Below, piece after piece: positions 12,428 through 24,337 of a stretch of 64,000 nt of DNA. The notes below the pieces were generated by a model that saw nothing but the letters and a program-made list of their open reading frames with translations, did no database searches and had not been told where the DNA came from. The stretch's first letter is position 1; every line of letters starts with the position of its first letter. The translations under genes were made by a program, and so were the position numbers. This stretch comes from Camelus dromedarius (lineage: Eukaryota): assembly GCF_036321535.1 (NCBI RefSeq), contig NC_087436.1:116066001-116130000 (forward strand). The letters run 5' to 3'.

Positions 12428-13030
12428 GCAGTAGTTATTAACTTCTGTGGGAAATTTGCCATAAACTTAGAGGCATCAAATAACACCTATTTATTATCTG
12501 ACAGGTCTGTAGGTCAGAAATTCGGATGAGGGCAATTAAGTTCTCTGCTTAGGGTCTCGTAAGACTGACGTCAAGATGTCAGCCAGCCTGGCTCTTCACT
12601 GGAGGCTCTGGGGAGAGTCCGTTTCCACATCATTCAAGCTGGCAGAATCCAGTTCCTTGTGGTTGCAGGACTGGGTCCCTGTTTCCTTGCTGGCTGTCAG
12701 CGCAGGGCCATTCTTCTTCTAGAAGCTGTCCACATGCCTTCTCACATGGCTCTCTCCATCTTCAAAGGCAACAACAGTGCTGTCAACTCAACTTCTTCTT
12801 ATACTTTGAAACTCTGGATTCTACCTCAATCTCCTGCCACCAACCAGAGAAAGTTCTTTGCTAATAAGGACTCGTGTGATTAGGTCAGGCCCATCAAGAT
12901 ATTAGCCCGTTTTTGGAGTTCAACTTTGCCATGAAACACAACCACAGGTGTGGTATCTCACATTGACAAGTCCTAAGGATGGGAGAGGGCATGGATCCTG
13001 TTGGTCTTACCTAGAAATTCTGCCTACTGC
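12428..13030 (-). mobile_element. MaLR solo LTR (MLT1E-like)
   Basis: tctctgcttagggtctc...ggcagaatccagttccttgtggttgcaggactg...aattctgcctactgca. Confidence 0.8.
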
Positions 13031-14274
13031 AGATGGAAAAAGAATCTTGCTCACAGAGTATGTTTCTCAGCACCTAGCAGAGCTTATGATATAAAAAGTA
13101 ATTGATGCTTATACTAATTTTTAGGCTGAACTGACTTCAATTTCAATGATGTACGTATGCTTTTAAATGCTCTGTTTTATTTGCATGCATGGTGAAGAAA
13201 ATATCTCAAATAAGGAATTAAAATAACAATAGAGAAATGGATTACAGCCCTTTCATTGATGAATATTGTTCCACAGATGAGATTAAAAATGAAGAGAGCT
13301 GTCAAACATGGAAAGAAAGAAACACCTCCTAAAAAAATGAACGTGTAGTTTTGCTGTTTTGCATATTTCACAGTTGAGCCTATCAACACCCAAGCTAAGT
13401 AATTCAGTGGTTGTTACAAGTTACCAAAGTCACGTTACTGTTCAGGTGCCTTGACTAGATGAATGGCAGCAGGCTTTCTAAACCTCAGTCTGCTTAGACT
13501 TCAAGTAGAAATCCGGTTAGGAACTGTAGGGAAACAGCAATCCCTCCTCTGCCCCGGGAGTGCGCTGTGATGAATTAGTGGCTTGGACTTGGAAACGAGG
13601 TTATTTTCATGCACGTGTTTGTGTGTTTGTTTATGTACCCCATCACAGTGTCTTCAGGACGGCTATGTTTCTACATACACATATGCCAAGACTCATATAC
13701 TTTTTGGTGACCGTGGCCTCCTCCCGTTCTGCTGATTGCAGCCTTCATTTCATTTTGAACTAAGGCATCCAAAGCGATGACAAAGGTGGACAGTTGTTTC
13801 TGGCTTCAGCTCCCCTAAATAAAACTGCTTCAATTGATTCAGGACACGGATGTCAGCCAAGACCCTATACTCCTTGACACTGCATTTTTCCCAGTGAGTA
13901 ATAAATCACGGTGTTTCCACCAACAGCCTCTCTCCCTCTGCCTTTCTCTTCCACCATTAGTCATGCTGGTCGAGCTCACCACCTGTCACTTGGCATGTTT
14001 CTGCAAATACTTTTACCCACGTAGAGGCGGACTTGGCTTCACTGAAGCTGGGAACACACCTGTGCTGACGGGTGTGCAACTCACCAGCTGTAGTCCTTTT
14101 GAAATTAATTTTTTTGGCTGTTTGTATATATTACAACCTGCTATCTCTTAGTATGAATTTTTCAAACGTTTCTATCATTAGAATTCTGAATTTCAGGTGA
14201 TGGAAATATGCTTCAGGACAGACTATATCAGCAGTTAAATACATAGTGGGTAGTCTTGAAAGAGAATTAATGTT

Positions 14275-14480
14275 AACTCATTAACTTGCATTTGATTCAG
14301 ATACCATCGCTCTTTTAATTTTCCCAAAAAACCTAATGAAGGGAAATTATGCATTATCCTCATCAAATAGATGAGAAAGTTAGACTCAGGAGGAGTAACT
14401 TGCCTACCTCATTTACTAACGAAAAGTTCCCAGACTCCAAACAAGGAATGTCTGACTGCAGAGCCCTGGGAACTTACCCT
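14275..14480 (-). mobile_element. MIR SINE
   Basis: attatcctcatcaaatagatgagaaagttagactcagg...taacttgcc...tctgactgcagagcc. Confidence 0.7.
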
Positions 14481-14514
14481 GTGTATGTTGTATTCCCTAC
14501 TTAGTAGCACTGCT

Positions 14515-15200
14515 TCCTATCATGTTCATTCAACATTCAAAGAATCTCTATTACGTCCCAGACACTGTGCTAGTGGCAAAGGTTTGTACAGGCAAACACA
14601 CAGTCCTGACCCACAGATGCTAATAAGCCAGCAGAAAAAAAATATCAGTGTGAATAATTAGGATCATTTTTTTTAGAGTTCCATAACAAAAGTAAGTCTC
14701 CAAGTGGATCTGCTCTCCCAAAGCTGTAGGCACCACTCATATATGATTATTTAAATAATCAAAATTATTTCACACATCAAGTTAAGAATTCAGTTCCTCA
14801 GCTGCACTTGTCACATTTCAAGGGCTCAACAGTCATGTGTGGCCAGTGTCCACCGGACTGGATGGTGCAGATAACAGAACACTCCCACGACTGTACCACG
14901 TCCTGCTGGACTGTACTAGGCTAGAGGATCAGAAAGCTTCACCCGAAGCAGTTCTTGAGCTGACATTTGAGACTAAGTAGGAGTTTTCAGGCAGACCACC
15001 AGGGGCAGGAGATGCCAGGCAGAGGGAACAGAACATGTGAAGGCAGGGGGATGACATGAGAAGACACAGATTATCCAATGAGATGCAAGTAAATCAGAAT
15101 AATTCTAAATGTCTAAACATGTCCTGGAATTGGGGGCATAACTGGACTGATGGAAGGCAGGGGCCTCTTCACTGATAAGCTTCTATGTTATTCTATGACA
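14515..15200 (-). mobile_element. L2 fragment interrupted by MER3
   Basis: ttcattcaaca...ccagacactgtgctag...ccaggcagagggaacagaacatgtgaaggc. Confidence 0.7.
14709..14918. mobile_element. MER3 hAT-Charlie MITE
   Basis: aattcagttcctcagctgcacttgtcacatttcaagggctcaacagtcatgtgtggccagtg...gcagataacagaaca. Confidence 0.85.
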
Positions 15201-16469
15201 CAGTATGATGTAGGATGGACTGTATGTTGCAGGATGCAGGCCGTACAAATCTGTTCTGAGATGGAATGTGAATTTCCTCCTGTGGGCCAGTAGTTTTCAA
15301 ATCTTTTCAGTGACAGACCTTTTTAATTTTCAAATAAAATGTTATTTACTATCTACTAGCAGAAGGCAGGTAAGAATAGAACTGTTCTGTTAAAAGTTGG
15401 GTGAAGCGCTTTCCTCTCAGGCATCCCTGGGCCCCAAAGACATCCTCCCCAAGACTTGGGGCTCTGCAGAGCTGGTGGACACACCAGAGACCCACTAGAG
15501 AATTCTGAACATGAGATGGATGATCTGAAACTATATATTGGGATTATCGGTCCCTCCAGTGTGGGGGACTGAGGGGTGGAGTAAAATGGAAACAAGGATG
15601 GATGACTACAAAAGCATGGAAATAAGTGAAGAAAAAGAGAGGAGGCACCATTTTTAACTAGGGGAGAGAGAATGATCTCAGATCTGAAAGAATCTAGACT
15701 ACAAAGAAGAGAAGAAACAGACCCACTCCCATTCTCCCCCTTGGGCCATCTGGTGATTGGCAGTATCATTTTTCACGGTGTGGAATTCTAGAGGGGCAGT
15801 TTACTTATTGGACTATCGGTTTAAATTCTCTAGTCTTCAAAAAGCAGCAGGATGGGGACAGTGGTGGTTTACATTTAGGACTTGAGTTATTGCTCTGTCA
15901 TTATGTCAAAACCCTTCTACTCACATCAATGAATAATGTATGTTTTATTTCTTTATTCTTCCCCATAGCAAACACCAATCAGAAGCATCCGAAACAAACA
16001 GACCACAGAAACTAGAATCAAAACCAGCATTTTGTCAACTGATTAGATAGCAGTTAGTTTAATGCTAACATTAATCAAGGTCTGATTGCTCCATCGTGAG
16101 GAACAAGAACTACATGGAGAGATTAATACGCAGGATCTGTTTCAGAAGGTTTCTGCAGAAACCCCCACACGGTAATTAAGAAGAACATCAAATGAAGGTT
16201 ATTGATCCGTTGTGTTATTGAGAAACAACGTAATTGATATTTCAGAACTTAATTGTTGGTTCCAGAGTAAAAGAGACATTCTGTACAGATCATTAGTAGC
16301 AGAGTCTTTCTGTGTGTGTTTGTTTTTACCATTTAAACCAAAACATGGAGTTCAAATGTTACCCTGCTTTAAATAAACATTGATTTAATTGTCAAGAAAT
16401 CTCTCTTTCTAAACATTTAAAATGATCATCCTTTGGACAAATCTGAGCTTCTTGAACAGTTTCCACTCC

Positions 16470-16865
16470 TGAGCTTTGTGGAATGAGGTCTATCATTTAA
16501 CCCATCTGGGTCTCAAAAATTCTTTTTTGCAAGGTGGCATTGATAATACCTACCCCACAGGTTTGTTGAAAGGATTCAGAAGAAAGTCAATGTTGGAAAG
16601 TCAGTATAGCACATTGTTCAAGAGCAAAGACACTACATCCAAACTTTTGTGTTTCAAATACAGCTTTGCCACTTATTTACTGTGCAAATGTGGACATACT
16701 AGTTAACCTCTCTGTTCCTCAATGTCCTCATCTTTAAAGAGGGATAATAGTGATAGGGCTCTGTGACAGGGTTGTTGTGAAATTAAATGCATATGTGAAA
16801 AGTTCTTAGAAAAGGGCCAGGCATATTATAAGCATGATATAACCATTAGTTGTTTTTATTGTTAT
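16470..16865 (+). mobile_element. Two adjacent MIR SINEs
   Basis: Two MIR cores, e.g. taacctctctgttcctcaatgtcctcatctttaaag...gggttgttgtgaaattaaatg. Confidence 0.75.
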
Positions 16866-17619
16866 AATTTGAGACTGTTTAGGTTTAATTAATTCTTAAT
16901 AAATATTAAAACTGCATTCTTTCCCCTCTACAGCTATTCAGTAGAAGACCCAAAGCAGAGGGCTTGTCTTGCTTCCTAAGCAGTAGTCATCATGCAAGGG
17001 GGTAACTTGAAGAAAAATGATCCACATGCCTTACTCGTCTGTACACAGAACTTCCAGAAATCATCCTTCTGCCTAATTCCTAAATATGACTGGACAACAT
17101 AGAAACACCTGAAAAGTGAAGAAACCATGATGGAGAAAGGCTAAGATTAATTAATTGAGAGATAATGACTCTAGGAGAAAGATTACTGTAATCAGGAAAC
17201 AGATCCTAATTAGAATCTTGACAGAAATCTAAGGATGCATTGCTATCAAAAAATTAGAATCAGTTGCCATGAATAAGAAACTATAGAATAATAGAGAAGA
17301 GACCTTAGGAGTTAAAACAATATATGGCATATAAAACTAAAGGAAAAACATATACATGGGTTGAAGATAAAGTCAAATGAATGACAGAACCTAGAGCCAA
17401 AAAGAGAAGAATCTGAGAGAAAAGATGAAAGATAATACAGTGATCCCATCATTGGACCTAAAGGAATTCTGGAAAGGAGTAATGATGAGGATGGGGGGGC
17501 AGGGCAGATATTGCCTAATAAATAATATAAGAAGGGTTTTCAGAACTGACGGAAACGTGAATCCTCAGAAGGATAGGTTCCAAATCATGAGCTACAACTA
17601 CACATAGACTAGAATGTCT

Positions 17620-17890
17620 AACACTGGAAAATAAATAAAATAAAAATGGAAATTACCAAGTACTGGGGATGATGTAGATCAACCAGTACTCTCTACACTT
17701 TGGAAAACAAGTTGGCAATTTCATATAAAGTTAAACATGCAATTACATTGTGACCCAAGAAATCTTACTTCTAGTTATTTACCAAAGAGAAGTGAGAACG
17801 GGTGCCCACATGAAAGTCTATACACAAGTGTTCATGGCAGCTTCATTTACATGACGTCAAAAACAAAAACAAACCCCAAGTTACCATCAA
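17620..17890 (+). mobile_element. L1M(C/E) ORF2-end fragment
   Basis: accaagtactggggatgatgtag...ctttggaaaacaagttggca...tgacccaag...atttaccaaagagaagtga. Confidence 0.75.
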
Positions 17891-17924
17891 GTCAATTTCT
17901 AGAATAGAGTAGAAAAATTCCAGA

Positions 17925-18544
17925 GAAACAAAAGACCATGAATAACTAAACTGACCCTGAAAAAAGAACAAAGTTGAAGGGATTACACTTCCTGATTTCA
18001 AAATATATTACAAATCTACAATAATCTAAACAGCATGGTTCTGGAATAAGGACAGACATATAGAGAACAGTGGAACAGAATACAGAGGCCAAAAGAGATC
18101 CGTGCATCAATGGTTAACTTATTTTTTTATAAGGGTGCTAAGACTATACAATGGAGAAAGGACATTCTCTTCAACAAATAATTTTAAGAAAATTGAATAT
18201 CCACATGCAAAAGAATGAAATTAGACTCATCTTACACCATATACAAAAGTCAACTGAAGATAAATTAAAGATTTAAACATAAGACCTGAAACTGTAAAAT
18301 TTCTAGAAGGAAACGTAAAAGGGAAAAGCATCATGATACGTGTATTGACGATGATCTTACAGATATGACATTAAAAGCAGAGACAACAACAGCAACAAAA
18401 GAAACAACTGGGATTACATTAAACTAAAAACTGTACAGCAAGGGAAATAATCAACTCGGTAAAAATAAAACCTGTGGAATGTATGGGAGAAAATATTTTC
18501 ACACCATACGTCTTACCACAATAAAATAAAATTAAACAACAAAA
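17925..18544 (+). mobile_element. L1 ORF2 internal fragment with A-rich tail
   Basis: aagaacaaagttgaagggattacacttcctgatttcaaaatatattacaaa...; candidate TSD agaaaaattccaga/agagaaatttcaga (12/14). Confidence 0.85.
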
Positions 18545-19033
18545 AGAGAAATTTCAGAATACTAGTGTGCAAACAAAATGTCAACAACCTTATAGAGAGA
18601 AAAAAAAAAAGGTTATCTACAAAAAAATAAAGGCCAGAGTATCTTCAGACACATCAAGAGCACTGAATTCCAGAAAACAATACGGAAAGGACTTCAAAGT
18701 TGTAAGGGAGAAGTACTTGTCCAATCCAGAATTTCACATGTAGCCCAGCTCTCTCTCATTCATTCATATGAGTGAACAAAGAGTATAACCCACACCCCTA
18801 CTTTTAGGAGGTTACTTGGGACTAGATACCAGCAGAGGTGAAAATAGAAACTCAGAGGAAGACATGACTCCAAGAAAGTAGAATTTAAACCAAGACAGCA
18901 GTAAACAGAAGCTCAGAGAATTGGGTGCAGTGAGGCCGTTTCAGGGAACATACAGTCCAGACTCAATCAGGATGATGGAAAGCAGGATTCTGAGGAGATA
19001 AAGAGTAAGGAGAGAGCTTGACAATTTAAAATG

Positions 19034-19190
19034 GGAGGAGTGACATCACCAAGATGGTGATGTAGTTTATTCCCGACTTCCCCTCCACGAGAAGAAAAAC
19101 CACCTATTCATGGACAAGACACCACTGAGAAAATCTTAGAATTCGGGGGTGAGGCTGAGGCACCCCCTTGCTGCACAGAGATTGTGAAAG
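19034..19190 (+). mobile_element. L1 5'UTR-only fragment
   Basis: ggaggagtgacatcaccaagatggtg resembles L1 5' termini with the YY1-like caagatgg. Confidence 0.6.
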
Positions 19191-19216
19191 ATGGAACATA
19201 AGATAAGGGCATGGTT

Positions 19217-19281
19217 GAACACTGGAATTTGACACAACATTGTAAAATGATTATAAATCAATAAAAAGTGTTAAAAAAAAA
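19217..19281 (+). mobile_element. Very short young L1 3' end with polyA
   Basis: acactggaatttgacacaacattgtaaaatgattataaatcaataaaa...A-tail; perfect 17-bp TSD aagataagggcatggtt at 19200-19216 and 19282-19298. Confidence 0.92.
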
Positions 19282-21559
19282 AAGATAAGGGCATGGTTTT
19301 CAAGGAAAAACTTTTAAAAAGAAAAGAAAGCCACTGAAAACTTTCAGAAAAATAAATGGGCAGTAGGGCATCATCACCTGTATTTGAAGCAACCTTGTAA
19401 TTCTGGAACAGAAACTGAGTAGGCGTCAAGAAAAATATTCAAATGGATTCCCAACGCCCCCGTCCCCACAAATGTCCAAACACAACATGAGAAAACAAGG
19501 CAAGATTAAAGATGCTTCAATTTAAAGAGGTTAACGAAGAATGATGCTGAAATCACATAGAGCAAATGTCCAAACTCACTCAGAAAACTCACTGAGGCAG
19601 GAAATGAAACTTAGCAGAATTACACATTGGTAAAACAAAAATCAAACGTGAGTAATTGCTGTAGAAAATTGATCTGATGTGTAGGAGTTGATGTTTTTTC
19701 TTTTATTATCAAAATGTAAATGAGGCGTGGAAACTAGATTAAATATGAAATTGTGTAGAATTAAAACAAGGGTTTGGTGGAGATGACATAAACTTTGGAA
19801 AGCATAAACATTACCTGTTTCCCCACTTCTCCCATCATTCAAGTTAAGTTGTTATACAGAAAGACACCAAGTTTATCCAGAAGCCTCATGTACCATGTCC
19901 CCCAGGCCTCCCTTCCTCCGCACCCAGCGCTGCACCTCTCGGTGTAACAGAGTCGGAGACGCTCATCTGAACATGGTCTTCATTTTCTGACTTCACCCCT
20001 TGCCAGCTGGCACTGATTCTGTGAGTACCTATGCTCTTTTTTTTCCCCAAAATCCCTAGCTGAGTCTCAAGGTATCATGTTGGCTCACCAGAATAAAGAT
20101 TATTTTAAGACCAGAGAAAGGTTCTTTGTCTTTTATTAGGTTCTTTCAAAGAGATCTGTTCTATTGGAAAATGAAATTCTTACTGAATCAAGCAGCCTTA
20201 CAGGTCTCTGGTACTGTTCACATGTGTCTGAATCACAGATACTCGGTTCCTGGATCCACTTGAATGGTCTACATCCCAACAGTTATCTCAGGTAAGGAAA
20301 ATGAAGGTGAAATTTACCTCAGATGCCGTAGTCCACTCATTCTCCCTTTCATCAGCCATGCCATGATTAGTTACAGAGCATCTAATATTGCCAGGCATGG
20401 TGCTGCGTAGTGACACACAACAGTGAGCAGATTGTTATGTGATAAGATTTATGTTTGAGGGGAAAAAAGTAGTTGGCTGCAGGATGAACAGGTTGGAGAG
20501 TAAAAAGAGCAGAGAGTAGAAGGTGATTGGGTGCCTAATGGACAGATGATGGAAATACGTAAAACCCCAAAGATGGGATGCTGGGGGAGGGGAAGAAAGG
20601 AGGTATCGAAGTCGCCCCCCATGTGCCAAACGTCTTATCTGGATGCTGTTCTAGACGGCGTTTCTAGCAACCATCCTGTTGGGGTGCTGAAGGAAACCCT
20701 TTTTCAGGAAATCCCTGAAAAGCCTCTCCTTAGGATGGGATATTGCCACAGGCACTTGGCTTATCTCAAGAGTCTGCATGCTCATAAATTCACTCAACTT
20801 CCATACTCGCTAATTACACTCTGAGTTTAAACCTATCATGGAAGAAATTCAAACCACATGGGTGTTCGTTCGTCTGCAAGCCAAAATTTGCTCAAGATAA
20901 GCCAGTAGGAATAACTTAACCTCAGGCCTCATGGCTCTGGAATGTATTCAAAACTTGATGATTTAAGGGAGAAGGTGGCTAAGGGATATTTCAGAGTTCT
21001 TTCCAGATGGAAAACAAACATCTTCTTTTTCTAATTGCCCCTTAAACTTGTCATTACTTGTCAGAAAGAGTCAAAATAAATGTACCATGCTTCAAAAGCA
21101 CCAGTACCTAAGAGACCAGATCGTGGAAAGATGAATCCTCACTTGTCTCTGCAGACATATGCTCTGAACAGATGTTCGGGAAATGAAGGGTCGGCACTTG
21201 TGATCATGTATTGCATCATTTCTTTGACCTCAAGATACAAGAAAACAAGAGAAGCCAAACGCACCACTCACCAGGCTATAAAAAAATGAAACCATCCACG
21301 TGCCTCTGATCTATGGACTGAATTCCGCCTTGGCCTGAAAGATGGAGGATTTTCACAGAAAGCCAGCTGTTCCTTGTTCTGGTATGCTTCCTTGTGAGAG
21401 ATGGATGAAATCAGGGAACAGGAAAGAAGGGTTTTAGATTTCATTTAATTTAGCTAGTACATCAGGCCATGTGTTCACTGAGCTGACCCAACCTGCTGAA
21501 AGGAGAAAGAAAACTGAACACGTACCCAGCTTCCACTGTGACAGACTTTGGGAGTACGT

Positions 21560-21720
21560 CTTTACTACTGTTCTCAGCAAACCTGTGAGGGTGCAATTAT
21601 TTCCTCCACTTTCAGATGAGGAAACCAGAGTCTGGCAAAGCTATGTAAAGTGCCCAAGGTTACACTGTCCCCTTTAGTAGGGCCAGGACCCAAATCCAAG
21701 TCTAATTCTGAAGCTCATAT
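21560..21720 (-). mobile_element. MIR SINE
   Basis: attatttcctccactttcagatgaggaaaccagag...tgcccaaggttacac. Confidence 0.75.
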
Positions 21721-21894
21721 GGTCGCCTGAGTTTCACTCTTTCTCAGTAGTAAGTGCTGTATAAACACAAAGCTGTACAGTTATGATGAATATAAATAAA
21801 ACAACACCAGAACGAGGAAGATGGCTCACATTTGGACACTAAGCCATGTGATGCTTCGTGTAAAGCTACAGAATTTCGGAGATGAAAACCCAGG

Positions 21895-22095
21895 CATGTG
21901 AAGTGAAGGGATATAGTCTCTGGGATCAGAAAGACCCAAGTTCTAGTCTCAGCTGTCACTCTTACTTGCCACATGACCTTGAGCAAATTGCATAACCTCA
22001 TAGCTGCAGGTTCCTCACCTGAAAAATAAAGTTTTCCCCACATCCTACAGTTTTTGGAAGGATTAAATGAGATGGTGTGACACGGTGAGAAGGAA
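21895..22095 (+). mobile_element. MIR SINE
   Basis: gacccaagttctagtctcagctgtcact...tgaccttgagcaaattgcataacctc...gaaggattaaatgaga. Confidence 0.8.
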
Positions 22096-22168
22096 AAGTC
22101 AAAGAGGAATTCACTAACCAAGTTAATATCTCAATGGCAAGTTGAAAAAGTGCTCATGATAGAATTCT

Positions 22169-22316
22169 TTTTTTTTAATTAAAAATAATTTGGGGGGTGG
22201 GGGGAAGTGATTAGGTTTACTCATTCATTTATTTTTGGAGGAGGTGCTCTGGGTTGGACCCAGGGCTTTGTGTATGCCAAGCATGCACTCTACCACTTGA
22301 GCTATACCCTCCCTCT
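22169..22316 (-). mobile_element. tRNA-derived camelid SINE (Vic-1-like)
   Basis: Reverse complement gggagggtatagctcaagtggtagagtgcatgcttggcat...ctgggtccaacccag...aaaaataaat...cctaatcacttccccc...A-tail; TSD ctcatgatagaattct (22153-22168)/ctcatggtggaattct (22317-22332). Confidence 0.9.
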
Positions 22317-22884
22317 CTCATGGTGGAATTCTGCAGAGACATACGTCAACGCACATTTAAGTTTTCTGTCTGCTGGAAAACAAACTCATTTCAAAACCCT
22401 ACTAGAGTTCTGTCTATCAGAGACCTGCTTATCCAGCGCTCTGCCAGGAAACAATAACCGTAAGTTTCCTATTAGTGTCAACAGCACGATGGGCGACACA
22501 CACATGTGCATTTTCAGTCCAACTCCCAGTAAGAATGGAGGTAAATGCAGCAATTAGCAGACGGTTACACTAGGCTTCAAAACCTTATCTGCTGTTCTTA
22601 TGATCACAAAATTGACACCCACACACAGTTTTGTAGGGAAGGAGCTTACCTCTGGTTAAATAAAAGCTATTTTCCATTTTTAAAAAGTGATAAACTAATT
22701 ATTAAAAAAATAGAACATACTTTTTTTCCGAAAAAAGTATCCTAGTGCTCCCAAGAGCTATCACCTCTTCCTGTGACGGTTGTTATGCAGAGTTTGTTTA
22801 CATTGTTATAATTTTATTATAGAGACCTTACCGTTTTACCCAGGCTTTTCCTGTAATGTAGCAAAGATACTTTTAGCAGAGTGC

Positions 22885-23100
22885 TTAAATCTCTGAAAAC
22901 AGAATGTGAGATCCAGGACATCCTGCTAACCTGCTCTGTGTCCTTGAGCTGGACCCTCAAACTGCGTAAGCCTCAAACTTCCACATACAAAGTGAGGACA
23001 GTAACAGGCAACAGGTTATTGCAGGGCTGTGTGAGGGCAAAGTGAGATGATCTGTGTAGAACTCTTAGGAGGGCACTGGGTAGAAAGTAAGAACACAATA
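22885..23100 (+). mobile_element. MIR SINE
   Basis: tgtgtccttgagc...gcctcaaacttcc...gggctgtgtgagggcaaagtgagatga. Confidence 0.65.
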
Positions 23101-23149
23101 AAATTATATTGTTTATCACTAAGAGGACTTTCTATGATTGCATATGACA

Positions 23150-24010
23150 AAAAGAATATCAACCAGTTTCGGCAAATGGAAGCACATTTACTTCCAAAAT
23201 AGAAAGTCCAGCTGTAGACCCGACCAAGAGATTCAGTCAATGGAGTGACTCTCGCTAGGAGACGAGCCCTGACCATGGTTTGGCAGGGGGGCCGCGGTGA
23301 AGCAGGTGCTTCCCAATGCCCCCAGCCCAAGGCCAGGGGGGAGAGCCTCTTCCTGTTAGCGCCTGCACAAGTCCCAGGAGTCCCTCTGATTGGAGTCACT
23401 TGTTCACCCAAACGACGACAATTGCTGGGAGAATTTGATGCTTTGATTGATAAATTGTGGTAGGCCAGTTAACAGTGCCCCAAAGACGTTCAATAGTCCC
23501 AGGAAACTATGACTATCATAACTTCCATGACAAAAGAGACCTTTCAGATGTGGTTAAGTTAAGGATCTTGAGATGAAAAGATTATCGTGGATGATTGGGG
23601 TGCACCCAAGGTAATCACAAGGGCTCTTATAAGAGGGAGGCAGAAGGGTCAGACGTCAGGCAATGTGATGATGGAATCGGTAATCAAAGTAACCACAAGC
23701 CAAGGAATGCCAGCAGGAAGTGCAAGCTGGAAGTGACAGAGAACATGTTCTCTTCCTGGAGCCTCTGCAAGGAGTCAGCCTTGCCTGATGACACCATGAT
23801 TTTAGCCCCACGAGAACCATTTTGGACTTCTGACCTCTAGAATAATAATTCTCTAAGCTTGTGGTAGTTTGTTACAGTTGTACCAAGAAATCGAACACAC
23901 GAGTCTTGGGTCACAGTCCATCCTCCTGATGTGCTCAGATCACGTGGATGAGACGGGAGGAATGACTCCCAGAGGAAAACAGAGACGCTGTCATCGTGCA
24001 GAATGAGTAT
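23150..24010 (-). mobile_element. Old MaLR LTR (MLT1J/K-like) split by MLT1D
   Basis: ctctgattggagtcac...tgctttgattga | ttgggtcacagtccatcctc...tcccagaggaaaacagagacgctg. Confidence 0.55.
23456..23899 (+). mobile_element. MaLR solo LTR (MLT1D-like)
   Basis: tgtggtagg...ttaagttaaggatcttgagatg...taatcacaagggctcttataagagggaggcag...ggacttctgacctctagaa...tttgttacag. Confidence 0.9.
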
Positions 24011-24337
24011 CAGGGAAAAGTCCACAACGTTTCCGTATCAACACTGGTTTTGTTGCTGCAGCTTTTTAATGTGGTTATTCTTTTTTTTTTAAATTCTGCA
24101 TGAACAACACTACCATAGCTGACTGCATTCTTGAGTAGCTTTGCCATAGTACACGTCCTCCAACCTCTGTGCCTGTACGTAGGATCCTTGAAAGGAGGGA
24201 TCTTTCCTTTTTCACCCTGGACACACATGATGTTGAGATGACAATACAGTGTGGTGATCTGTGCCACAAATCCATATGTCGTTTTTAAATTAATATTGAT
24301 CACATCACAAAAAGATATCTGACAGCAGTAATGAATG

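Larger units (their letters stand above)
16990..19640 (+). mobile_element. Old HAL1/L1M ORF1-type element, fragmented by younger insertions
   Basis: A-rich plus strand; 18600-18760 resembles a degenerate L1 ORF1 C-terminus; boundaries approximate. Confidence 0.55.

Noticed and set aside
22240..22316. tRNA gene
   Set aside because: Degenerate B box, SINE tail, polyA and TSD show that it is a tRNA-derived SINE.
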